This document shows positions 53,438 through 64,000 of a DNA stretch of 64,000 nt, piece by piece. A program made the translations under genes and the position numbers. This DNA is from Octopus vulgaris (taxonomy: Eukaryota). Each line of letters begins with the position of its first letter. Positions within the stretch are counted from its first letter, which is position 1. Under the pieces are notes generated by a model. It did not search any database and had not been told where the DNA came from. It saw only the letters and a list, made by a program, of their open reading frames with translations. The stretch spans positions 14,260,001 through 14,324,000 of the forward strand of contig OX597829.1 in NCBI GenBank assembly GCA_951406725.2, given 5' to 3'.

Positions 53438-53467
<30 letters not shown>

Positions 53468-53477
53468 CTTATATATA

Positions 53478-53864
53478 TCTTTATATCAAGTTGTGTGTCT
53501 GTCTCCTACGATTTAGATTCCTAACTACTCCCACATTTTGCGGTGCGGTTTAACTAAAACCGGGTATCTTATAGTCGTGATTCATATCGAGCCCTTCTGG
53601 TTATTAGCGCGCATCTACGATGAGTCTACGATTTTAAAAAAATTTTACCATCATTTTTTTCCATTTTAATGCATTTTTCGCTATTATATAAGGGAAGTAA
53701 CTCTCTAAAAATGTCTACGATGAGTCAACGATTTAAAAAAAATTTACCATCATTTTTTTTCCATTTTTAATGCATTTTTTTGCTATTTTTTGGCTATAAC
53801 TCTCTAAAAATGCTTATATAGTTATTTCCCTTACAAACCCGAGCAACGCCGGGCGATACTGCTA

Positions 53865-53865
<1 letters not shown>
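53478..53865 (+). mobile_element. Non-autonomous Helitron (matches 869-1293)
   Basis: A|TC...CCCGAGCAACGCCGGGCGATACTGCTAG|T. Confidence 0.9.
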
Positions 53866-53899
<34 letters not shown>

Positions 53900-53902
<3 letters not shown>

Positions 53903-55230
53903 GGTAGGTTCTCTCATCGAAGACGATGAATGAGGGTTCAGTAAATAACCTTCAACAATTCCTTAACCTTGTGACACCGCATATGTACCTTCAATCCAGC
54001 AGATGTCTTGCACATTTTCTCGCAAATGGTACACCTACATGTATTCGTTGGTTCAAAATGTCTTCTCGAGAGGACAGCTAACCCAGCTTTGCTTCGTGCT
54101 TTAAACCCACAGTGACATACACTGTCATTGTTTGGTGGATCTTGCTGATGCGTTGCTTTCAAATTTGCACGAATGGCGTCCCTATGACGAAGACGGTTAC
54201 TTTCAAATTCTCTAGTCTTTAGAAAACACATTTTCCTCCATTTGCTGCGATCCCCTGCTGCACTCTCCAAGGAGCTCAGAGCAATGTCACAACGCTTCAG
54301 ATTGTCTTTTAGTTTGTCCTTGTAACGAAGAAGAGGACGCCCTGTTGGACGGGAATAATTTATCAATTGCCCATAAAAAAGCTGCTTTGGAACTCTTGAG
54401 TCATCCATTCTTACGAGATGACCAGACCACCGTATTTGTATCTTAATCAAAAATGTTTCAATACCAGTGATCTCACACCTCTCCAGTAACTCACTATTTC
54501 GAACATGATCTTGCCATTTAACATTGCAAATAGAACGCAGACATCTCATATGGAAGGAATCAAGCTGATTGATATGCTTGCGATACAAGGTCCACGTTTT
54601 GGCACCATACAGAAGAGTAGATAGAACAACAGATTTGTAGACTGCTACTTTTACTTTCAGAGACACATCGTGGTTGTTCTAGAGTCTGTGTCGCAACCTA
54701 CCAAAAGCTTCACTTGCTTTATTGATTCTGTTTTGGATATCTTTTTCAAATTTTGCATCATCAGACACAATAGAGCCGAGGTATGTAAAAGAAGATACTG
54801 TTTTCAAAGCTTTACCATCAACATATACCACTGATTGTGAAGAGGGCGAAGAGTTTGGTTTCGGCTGGTGAATAAGTTCAGTTTTCGTTATGCTAATTGT
54901 AAGACCAAAGGCCTTACATGCATCAGAGAAGCTATTGAGGATGTTCTGCATGTCCTCAAGACTATGGGTGACAAGAGCACAGTCATTAGCAAAAAGGAGA
55001 TCAAGAACAGTCTGCATAGAAGTCCGGGTTTTGGCTTTGAACTGTTGGTGGTTAAATAACCCTCCACTTGACCGATACTCAACACCTATGCCTTCCGAAA
55101 AGAAAAGAGCAAATAGGATCGGAGCAAGGACACAACCTTGCTTGATTCCATTTGATACTTCGAATGGTTCACTTTGTTCGCAGTCAGACCGTACTGACGC
55201 CATCATTCCATGATGAAAGGAGACAATCAC
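53900..55230 (-). mobile_element. RTE/BovB-like LINE, 5'-truncated, with C-terminal C2H2 fingers
   Basis: GIKQGCVLAP, LLFANDCAL, FTYLGS, LLYGAKTW, RWSGHLVRM, GRPLLRYKD and CTICEKMCKTSAGLKVHMRCH. Confidence 0.92.
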
Positions 55231-55378
55231 ATATACATATATATATATAATTCCTTTCTGTCGAAGAGTGTAGGCTCGAAACGTAAAATACTTTTTTATT
55301 TTTCCCGAGCGTCAAAGTAATACATGTGTTTGTTGTTCATACACCTGTCTTCGTCTTTTGTTTTTCTGTAAATTTCAG

Positions 55379-55419
<41 letters not shown>

Positions 55420-56065
55420 CATTTAAACAATTTGCGGCTTAAGGCTTTGCAGGCCTCCAACAGACTATTGATTACAGAATTAGATTAATCTATAGCCTGA
55501 AAGAGACGGATTTCTGAAAGAAGCCTGCAAAAGTCGCATGAAACCACCAATTGAAAATTGTTTTAAATAATATGTATGTATATATATATATTTATTTATT
55601 TTATGTATTTTATTTTACCTAGTTTCAGCTCACGAGCTGTCAAAACCACATACCGAAAATATTAGAAATGGAAGCCAAATAGGTTACCATTTCTCCTACT
55701 AGTAAAAAAGTCTCCACAAACAATCAGAATTTGCAACCCGTATATGGTAAAGTGAAAGAAAATAACAAATCGCAGCCTATTTGGATTAATTATAGACGAA
55801 AATTCGTTTCTGGATGAGAACCAGAAGTTCATTTCCTTGTCAATGCAATATTTCCTATAAATCTAGAAATGCTAGGGGAAAAAAAGACTCACCCATTATA
55901 CCGGCTCGATCAGGCGACACCGAACGATCTAATGGTCTGTCAGCATCACTACATTTATATAGACAAGCGAAATCGTATTTCCCTACAAAATCACCACGTG
56001 AGTTGCAAAAACATTAACAACGAAACGAAGTTCCGCAGATTTATTGTATGGGAGTAATAGCGTAC

Positions 56066-56606
56066 TATATACAAAAAGGGTGAAATATAATTAATTTAAT
56101 AAAATTAATAAATTTCACCTAGTAGTTTATCGGTATAGAAAAGACCATATTTGGTAAGGATTATATTAATTATAATAAAGGGTTAATTGCAACAAGTTGC
56201 TCAAAACCACACACCGAAAATATTAGAAATGGCAGCCAAATAGGTTACCATTTCTCCTACTAGTAAAAAAGTCTCCACAAACAATCAGAATTTGCAATCT
56301 AGAAACGAATTTTCGTCTGTAATTAATCCAAAAGGACTGTGATTTCGTTATTTTCTTCCTTTTTGCCATATACGGGTTGCAAATTCTGATTGTTTGTGGA
56401 GACTTTTTTACTAGTAGGAGAAATGGTAACCTATTTGGCTGCCATTTCTAATATTTTCGGTATGTGGTTTTGAGCAACTTGATGCAATTAACCCTTTATT
56501 ATAATTAATATAATCCTTACCAAATATGGTCTTTTCCATACCGATAAAACTACTAGGTGAAATTTATCAATTTTATTAAATTAATTATATTTCACCCTTT
56601 TTGTAT
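56066..56606. repeat. Foldback with ~230-bp arms, plus a direct partial copy at 55640-55810
   Basis: AAAAAGGGTGAAATATAATT...GAATTTGCAA inverted against TTGCAAATTC...ATTTCACCCTTTTT. Confidence 0.85.
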
Positions 56607-56785
56607 ATATATATACATGTGTATATTTGAAGGGTAATACCACTAGGTGGTCGGCCGTATGCTAGAAATAGGTCACCTATGATCAAACTACAAAGAAAGA
56701 AATGTTCTCTTGAGGATAATTCAGCGGACACCAGAACGAAATGCGGGCAAGACAGATGAAAATTAAATAAAAAACCAGAATTACT

Positions 56786-56858
56786 CACAGACCGGCGGTT
56801 TCGCCTATTAACGAATGAATCACTTATGTAATCCATTGTCCGTAGGCTCGTCAGTGTG
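56786..56858 (-). ncRNA. Type I hammerhead ribozyme motif (intact core)
   Basis: CACA-CUGACGA-GCCUA...UAGGC-GAAA-CCG c CGG-UC-UGUG. Confidence 0.8.
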
Positions 56859-56932
56859 GTCGTTCCATAGGTAATGCAATTTGTAAAGCTAACCACCAGT
56901 ATTCCGCAATTTGATATTCAATTTATCTCCCT

Positions 56933-57288
56933 TAACCAACCACATGGTTCTGGGTTCAGTCCCATTGCGTGGCACCTTGGGCAAGTGTCTTCTGCTATAG
57001 CCCCGGGCAGACCAATGCTTTGTGAGTGGATTTAGTAGACGGAAACTGAAAGAAGCCTGTTGTATATATGTATATATATATATATGTGGGGGTGTATCTG
57101 TGTTTGTCCCCCTAGCATTGCTTGACAACCGATGCTGGTGTGTTTACGTCCCCGTCACTTAGCGGTTCGGCTAAAGAGACCGATAGAATAAGTACTGGGC
57201 TTACAAAGAATAAGTCCCGGGGTCGATTTGATCGACTAAAGGCGGTGCTCCAGCATGGCCGCAGTCAAATGACTGAAACAAGTAAAAT
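56933..57288 (+). mobile_element. SINE family A
   Basis: GGTTCAGTCCC B-box-like motif, body and tail as at 39545-39945; a head-only copy lies at 52717-52830. Confidence 0.8.
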
Positions 57289-57353
57289 AGTATATATATG
57301 TATGTATGTATATGTATGTATGTATGTATGTATGTATATCTATATATATATTT

Positions 57354-57580
57354 CTTTACTACCCACAAGGGGTTAAACATAGAAGGGACAAACAAGGACA
57401 GACAAAGGGATTAAGTCGATTACATCGACCCAGTGCGAAACTGGTGCTTTATTTATCGACCCCGAAAGGATGAAAGGCAAAGTTGACCTCGGCGGAATTT
57501 GAACTCAGAACGTAAAGACAAGCGAAATACCTATAAGCATTTCGCCCAGCGTGCTAATGTTTCTGCCAGCTCGCCGCCTT
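57354..57580 (-). mobile_element. SINE family B
   Basis: Matches 34022-34228. Confidence 0.8.
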
Positions 57581-57589
57581 CAAAATATA

Positions 57590-57628
<39 letters not shown>

Positions 57629-57984
57629 ATGTATGTATGTATATATATAAAGTCAAAATGAGGGTGAAAAAATTGGATATTAATTTAATAATATCAATTT
57701 AAACACCAGTGGTCTAGCGCATAAAAGACTGGTGTTTAAATTGATGTTATTAAATTAATATCCAATTTTTTCACCCTCATTTTGACTTTAATTATAAATT
57801 AATGTTCTCAAACCGACATAAACTACTGCAGTAAATTATTTATGCAGTATTTATCTCCGGGATTTTGGTGCGCTAGAACGAGAGCATTTGAATACAACTG
57901 TGAATATAATAGGCCGAACTGCTCGTGTCTTTTACCTCGTGTTAATATATAGCGTGCAGTTCGACAAATTATATTTTATGACGT

Positions 57985-58060
57985 ACCTCACTGAGGATCT
58001 GAAGATAATTATGTAAGTAAAATTGCATAACTTATTAACAGTGACACAATTGTATGGGGT
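57985..58060 (+). ncRNA. Hammerhead motif with a core mutation (GACA for GAAA), downstream of the foldback at 57648-57790
   Basis: ACCUCA-CUGAGGA...GACA-CAAUUG-UA-UGGGGU. Confidence 0.6.
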
Positions 58061-58212
58061 AAATCTATATTTTTGTTATTTTTTTTATTTGTCCTGCTCG
58101 CTTACGTTCATAGTGAGCTAAATTTTTCCCGAGAACAATTCTTAGTGGTTCAGACCCTTGCGGATCTATATCTAGCGTAAGAGCGTCCACATAGTGGATT
58201 CTCTCTCATATT

Positions 58213-58257
<45 letters not shown>

Positions 58258-58918
58258 GCACACACGTTTATGAATTTGTGTTGCAAAATTCCTGATGTGA
58301 AACCTTGTGCTGAAACATATATTGTTATATTTCAGAGTGTTCTTTTATTTATTTATTTTTTGCCAAATAAACACACGCACTATATAGTTGATCTTCGCTA
58401 GTTTATTACTGTTCTTATTTTATCTTATGTTGAATCTGAACTAAGCGGAGCAAGGGATACACGTGGACGGAAAGGGTTGCTGAAGAGATCACAGATGTGT
58501 GACGAAAGATTTCCGGACAATGTACATAAGATAAAAGAACAGTAATAAACGAGTGAAGAACGAATATATAGTGCGCGTGTTTATTTGGAAAAAAAAAATG
58601 ACTGTCCCGAAATCTGTGTCCATTACAACCTTCGAACAGAAGAGGTCATCAGCTTCCCCTTGCTAGTTCAACATCCACAACATCCAGTTTCGGGGTGTTT
58701 TCCCCTTATCAATGTGGGTCGCTGAACCCAGCAGGTATCGCTGTTGACTGACTATTCGAAGGTTTATTTATTCAGTGGAACACATCCGCTGATTTTCAAA
58801 ACTGGAAATATTATTTCTAATTCTCTAAAAAGGAGACGATGGCCAAGCTAACATGGCAGTCCAGAGAAATAAGACGAATGCTCTCGTTGGTTAGCTCCGA
58901 GAGGCAATCGTCTCTAGC

Positions 58919-58984
58919 TAGAAGAAGAAGAAGAAGAAGAAGAAGAAGAAGAAGAAGAAGAAGAAGAAGAAGAAGAAGAAGAAG

Positions 58985-59022
<38 letters not shown>

Positions 59023-59933
59023 GAGGAGGAAGAAGGAGAAGAAGAAGAAGAAGAAGAAGAACAACAACAACAACAACAACAACAAGAGGAGGAAGAAGAA
59101 GAAGAAGAAGAAGAAGAACAACAACAACAAGAGGAAGAAGAAGAAGAAGAAGAAGAACAACAACAACAACAACAACAAGATGAGGAAGAAGAAGAAGAAG
59201 AAGAACAACAACAACAACAACAACAAGAACAAGAAGAACAAGAACAAGAAGAAGAACAAGAACAAGAAGAACAAGAAGAAAAGAAGAACAAGAAGAACAA
59301 GAAGAAAAGAAGAACAAGAAGAACAAGAACAAGAAGAAGAGGAAAAAGAAGAAGAAGAACAACAACAACAAGAAGAACAAGAACAACAACAACAAAAGCA
59401 ACAACAACAACAAGAGGAGGAGGAAGAAGAAGAACAAGAACAAGAAGAACAAGAAGAACAAGAAGAAGAACAAGAAGAAGAATGTGGGAGTGCCATGATG
59501 GCAGTAGGATGTTAAATGGTCAAGTGCTCTGAGTGTCAAGAGCAATACATAGGCCAAAAAAACAGTCTACGTAAAAGGATGACTCTACACAGATCCCAGA
59601 TCAAAATTCCCCAAAACAGAAAAACAGCATTCAGCCAACACACCGACATTTGCCCCAATAACAAAAATCCAAGCTTCAGAATTTTTCCCCTGTACCAATT
59701 CAGGGACGATACAACCTGTAGCCTACTAATTAGTAAAGTTACTTATATTATTAGAAAATACAGAGCCTTTTTGAACGTATCTACAACAAACGACATATCC
59801 ACCACGGCCTTAGAAAACCACAAGCACACACGCAAATATTAAAAATGATACAATCAAGAAGAAGAAGAAGAAGAAGAAGAAGAAGAAGAAGAAGAAGAAG
59901 AAGAAGAAGAAGAAGAAGAAGAAGAAGAAGAAG

Positions 59934-59971
<38 letters not shown>

Positions 59972-60207
59972 GAGAAAGAACAAGAACAAGAATTAGAAGA
60001 AGAAGAAGAAGAAGAAGAAGAAGAAGAAGAAGAAGAAGAAGAAGAGGAACAAGAACAAGAACAAGAACAAGAACAAGAAGAACCAGAACAAGAAGAACAA
60101 GAACAACAAGAACAACAAGAACAAGAACAAGATGAAGAACAAGAAAAACAAGAACAAGAAGAAGGAGGAGAAGGAGAACAAGAAGAACAAGAACAAGAAC
60201 AAGAACA
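58919..60207. repeat. Compound (GAA)n/(CAA)n/(GAACAA)n arrays around a Penelope-like fragment
   Basis: Direct reading: 58919-59481 and 59857-60207. Confidence 0.95.
59482..59800 (+). mobile_element. Penelope-like GIY-YIG endonuclease fragment (inverted partial copy at 60385-60450)
   Basis: KCSECQEQYIGQKNSLRKRMTLHRSQI...FSQH matches the GIY-YIG pattern of PLEs. Confidence 0.75.
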
Positions 60208-60789
60208 TACCACCTGCACTCCTTTCTTATTCTCCCTTCTCTTTCTCCTTCTTCGTCTTCTTCCTCTACGCCACCTCCTTCCTAACTTTACTACTATTGC
60301 TGTTTAGAATAACACATACGCAAATTTTATAAACAATACATTCAAAGGATGTCTCAAGAATTCAGTAACTACTACCATCCACAACAAGTCACTTTCAGAG
60401 CACTTGACTATTTACCATCCTACTACTATCATGGCACTCCCGCATTCTTCTACTTCTCCTCCTCCTCCTCCTCCTTCTTCTTCTTCTTCTTCTTCCCTAC
60501 CAAGAATTCACAACGACCTCGAACCCACAAGAGTAAACAAGAGAGACGGAGACAGGCAGAAACAAGGAAAATGCTCCTTGTATTTGAATACTATGCAAAT
60601 ATTATTTTTAAAAACTTTTCTTTTAATTTTTCCAAAATTTAATTATTTTCCATACTTACAGTTGAAAAAGTCTCAATGACTGAAACCGGTACTGAAATAT
60701 TTTTTATAAAATTATTTTAGCATTTTCTGCCTTGACATATTTCCATATATATATCAGCTCGTGTGTTCCTTTTCAACCTTCTACATACT

Positions 60790-60908
<119 letters not shown>

Positions 60909-61257
60909 ATAAAACGGTAAGATAACAAAAGAAAGAAAGAGACCTCAATATTATGTAAATAGAGGAAATTTATCTATACAATATGTTACATTACTCGGTA
61001 GTCAAGATAAAACTCTGAGTTTCAGATGCCGAAGTGGAAATCCACAACACCATCTCTTCGGTTATCTGGCTATTTGAAAACGTTATGAAAAATACCGTTA
61101 AATGAAGGGAAATTACTCTGTTATAACTTGCTTTGCCTGCGTACTTATACATCGCTCGCATTTTCGTCATAAAAATTATATAAAAATACATAAAAAATAT
61201 ATAAAAATATATAAAAATATATAAAATCTTCTTGGGACATAACACAGAAAGCATGTT

Positions 61258-61815
61258 CTATCCGTTTTCTTTAGGGGACCAAAAACGTAACAGAAATTTA
61301 GTCACATGTGGGCATGATCCGAAAAGTTCTGTCCTTGTATTTAGACATGTGGTAGGGTCTAAGCTGCTTTTCCAGATAAGCCATCTCTCCATGTCGCATA
61401 AACCGCACCTTCCGCTGCCGTTAGTATAGGGCTTACATCTGGCCAAAATCTTCCATTGTATGTTATAATCGACACCTTTATCTCTTAAAGACCAAATATG
61501 ATTGGATAATTGTGTCGCTTTTCTTTTGTTCCAGTGCCTAAAGCTCAAAGTGTGGTTATTGAACCTGGCCTTGAAATTACCCTCTGTCAGGCCCACGTAT
61601 TTCTTCGTCAAAACGGTGTCTTTAGTGGTTATAGAGTTTACGGTAGCCTCATATATGATGGTCTTGGACATGCAAGCTCCATTTAGCGGGCACAATTCTT
61701 TATTCCTGCATGAACAGCTGTTTTCTTCTTGTGTTTTTTGTATGTTATGATTGATTATGTTTTTAAAATTGGTAGTTGAACTAAAACTAATTTTTAAAGA
61801 GTTTCCTATAAGCAT
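61258..61815 (-). CDS. PLE GIY-YIG endonuclease domain (open frame, 5'-truncated; mirror copy)
   Basis: CSCRNKELCPLNGAC...IIYEA...YVGLTE..FKARFNNH...CGLC...CPH. Confidence 0.7.
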   Translation of the reverse strand: MLIGNSLKISFSSTTNFKNIINHNIQKTQEENSCSCRNKELCPLNGACMSKTIIYEATVNSITTKDTVLTKKYVGLTEGNFKARFNNHTLSFRHWNKRKATQLSNHIWSLRDKGVDYNIQWKILARCKPYTNGSGRCGLCDMERWLIWKSSLDPTTCLNTRTELFGSCPHVTKFLLRFWSPKENG

Positions 61816-62050
61816 GGTTAACTGGAAAATGTCTATCTATCAGTGCTAGGAAATATTTACCTTCAATATAGGTAAATATTTCCTAGCACTGATAGATAGA
61901 CATTTTCCAGTTAACTATACTTATAGGAAACTCTTCAATAGACACAATTTAAAAATTAGTTTTAGTTCAACTACCAATTTTAAAAACATAATCAATCATA
62001 ACATACAAAAAACACAAGAAGAAAACAGCTGTTCATGCAGGAATAAAGAA

Positions 62051-62488
62051 TTGTGCCCGCTAAATGGAGCTTGCATGTCCAAGACCATCATATATGAGGC
62101 TACCGTAAACTCTATAACCACTAAAGACACCGTTTTGACGAAGAAATACGTGGGCCTGACAGAGGGTAATTTCAAGGCCAGGTTCAATAACCACACTTTG
62201 AGCTTTAGGCACTGGAACAAAAGAAAAGCGACACAATTATCCAATCATATTTGGTCTTTAAGAGATAAAGGTGTCGATTATAACATACAATGGAAGATTT
62301 TGGCCAGATGTAAGCCCTATACTAACGGCAGCGGAAGGTGCGGTTTATGCGACATGGAGAGATGGCTTATCTGGAAAAGCAGCTTAGACCCTACCACATG
62401 TCTAAATACAAGGACAGAACTTTTCGGATCATGCCCACATGTGACTAAATTTCTGTTACGTTTTTGGTCCCCTAAAGAAAACGGATAG
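62051..62488 (+). CDS. PLE GIY-YIG endonuclease domain (open frame, 5'-truncated)
   Basis: Same peptide as 61258-61815; the RT domain is absent, so it is not autonomous. Confidence 0.7.
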   Translation: MCPLNGACMSKTIIYEATVNSITTKDTVLTKKYVGLTEGNFKARFNNHTLSFRHWNKRKATQLSNHIWSLRDKGVDYNIQWKILARCKPYTNGSGRCGLCDMERWLIWKSSLDPTTCLNTRTELFGSCPHVTKFLLRFWSPKENG

Positions 62489-62775
62489 AACATGCTTTCT
62501 GTGTTATGTCCCAAGAAGATTTTATATATTTTTATATATTTTTATATATTTTTTATGTATTTTTATATAATTTTTATGACGAAAAATGCGAGCGATGTAT
62601 AAGTACGCAGGCAAAGCAGAGTTATAACAGAGTAATTTCCCTTCATTTTTAACGGTATTTTTTCATAACGTTTTCAAATAGCCAGATAACCGAAGAGATG
62701 GTGTTGTGGATTTCCACTTCGGCATCTGAAACTCAGAGTTTTATCTTGACTACCGAGTAATGTAACATATTGTAT

Positions 62776-62823
<48 letters not shown>

Positions 62824-62875
62824 TTCGTTTTGGGATTTGGTTTGCAAGATTCTTTATATGAGTTCGTGTGTTGAA

Positions 62876-63045
62876 GATATTCTGTTGTGTCTGGGGAGAG
62901 TCATTCTCTGTTAGTACCTTATTATTTAACACACTCACCGATAAAATTTCCACTTATTTCTTAGAAAATAAAAATAAGAAATAAGTGGAAATTTTACCGG
63001 TGAGTGTGTTAAAAGAAGGACTCTCCCCAGACACAACAGAATATA

Positions 63046-63046
<1 letters not shown>
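62876..63046. repeat. Short foldback repeat
   Basis: TCTGTTGTGTCTGGGGAGAGTC...CCACTTATTTCTT inverted against AAGAAATAAGTGG...GACTCTCCCCAGACACAACAGA. Confidence 0.8.
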
Positions 63047-63086
<40 letters not shown>

Positions 63087-63229
63087 TGTTAAATATTAAT
63101 ACATTTACTAATACTAACATTAATTTAGCTAATACCATCCATCCCTCTAAAAATATTAATAACAAGGATATTTATACCTGTAGTTAATTCCAACAGAATT
63201 AAGTTTACGTCAAGTAACTCTAAAATTAA

Positions 63230-63929
63230 AAATTCTATATACCAGTGTATAATCAGTACTCGTAATAAAGAACGATTTTACATTGAAAGTACATCGTTAG
63301 AGTTATCTAAAAGAATTTCTATCCATTACTCAACATTTAGGGATAGAAATAAACGGAATAGTACCGGCCTCAGCAAACTGATTTGGGATCTAAAAGACCA
63401 CAATGAACAATTTCATTTAGAATGGTTGATTCTCTCATTCTCGATACCTTATGACTAAGGCAAGGAATTCTGTCTTCTCTGTAATGCTGAACTATTTTTC
63501 ATTACTTTTTCTAAAAAACCCCATGTAAACACGGTTATAGAGCGTGCATACCGATGTAAACATTGGCAAAAACACATCTTTAGTGCATATAAGTAATCTC
63601 TATCATTATATGTAATTTAAACATTAATTCCCTTTATATTTAACATTCACTATAAATATCCCTACTCTTTCTGTAAGCTACTTCTGATGTTATATCATAT
63701 AACGTTTTATGAAACAATATTTATAGCGTTCAGTAAATCACTATACATATCTATCATTTTCTGTTAAAATGTCTTATTGACGAGTTTCGTTTTTTCACTT
63801 TCCTGAAGAGAAGATTGCATTGTTTTATACCATTTATTCTTTTGAATAATATCAGTGATATCTTCGAAACGTGTGTCGGAAGTGAAAGTATTTGATTTAT
63901 ACCTGCGTTAAACTCCATTTATTTATGTA

Positions 63930-63930
<1 letters not shown>
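63230..63930 (+). mobile_element. Decayed Penelope-like 3' end (GIY-YIG remnant and pLTR)
   Basis: IYQCIIS...FYIESTS...KRISIHYSTF...STGLSKLIWDLK...CLLCNAE, with an internal stop. Confidence 0.75.
63794..63886 (+). ncRNA. Type I hammerhead ribozyme motif (intact core)
   Basis: UUCACUUUC-CUGAAGA-GAAGA...UCUUC-GAAAC gugu GUC-GGAAGUGAA. Confidence 0.82.
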
Positions 63931-63988
<58 letters not shown>

Positions 63989-64000
63989 GTATATATATAT

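Noticed and set aside
58817-60332. Poly-Arg/Glu/Leu/Ser ORFs
   Set aside because: Trinucleotide repeat translations.

Overview
Repeat-dense animal genomic DNA. SINE types, microsatellite load and the GC-rich, expanded rDNA suggest a cephalopod such as octopus (inference). I found no convincing host protein-coding gene. Main contents: (1) four Tx1/L1-clade LINE copies, all sitting in (TATC)n tracts; (2) an ~8.6-kb rDNA orphon (ITS2, 28S, 3'ETS/IGS; minus strand) that appears to split one CR1 LINE in two; (3) inside that 28S, a 1640-bp TG...CA-bounded, stem-rich, non-coding element that replaces about 190 nt of the conserved core carrying the R1/R2 target sites; (4) in the adjacent spacer, diverged copies of that same 28S target region, broken at the R2 site; (5) non-autonomous Helitrons, foldback MITEs with TTAGGG tracts, and CR1, RTE, HERO-like, Tc1 and Penelope-like fragments; (6) about ten hammerhead-ribozyme motifs, plus an oddly permuted hammerhead-like core in the HERO 3' UTR. 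All calls were made by eye; some boundaries are approximate.
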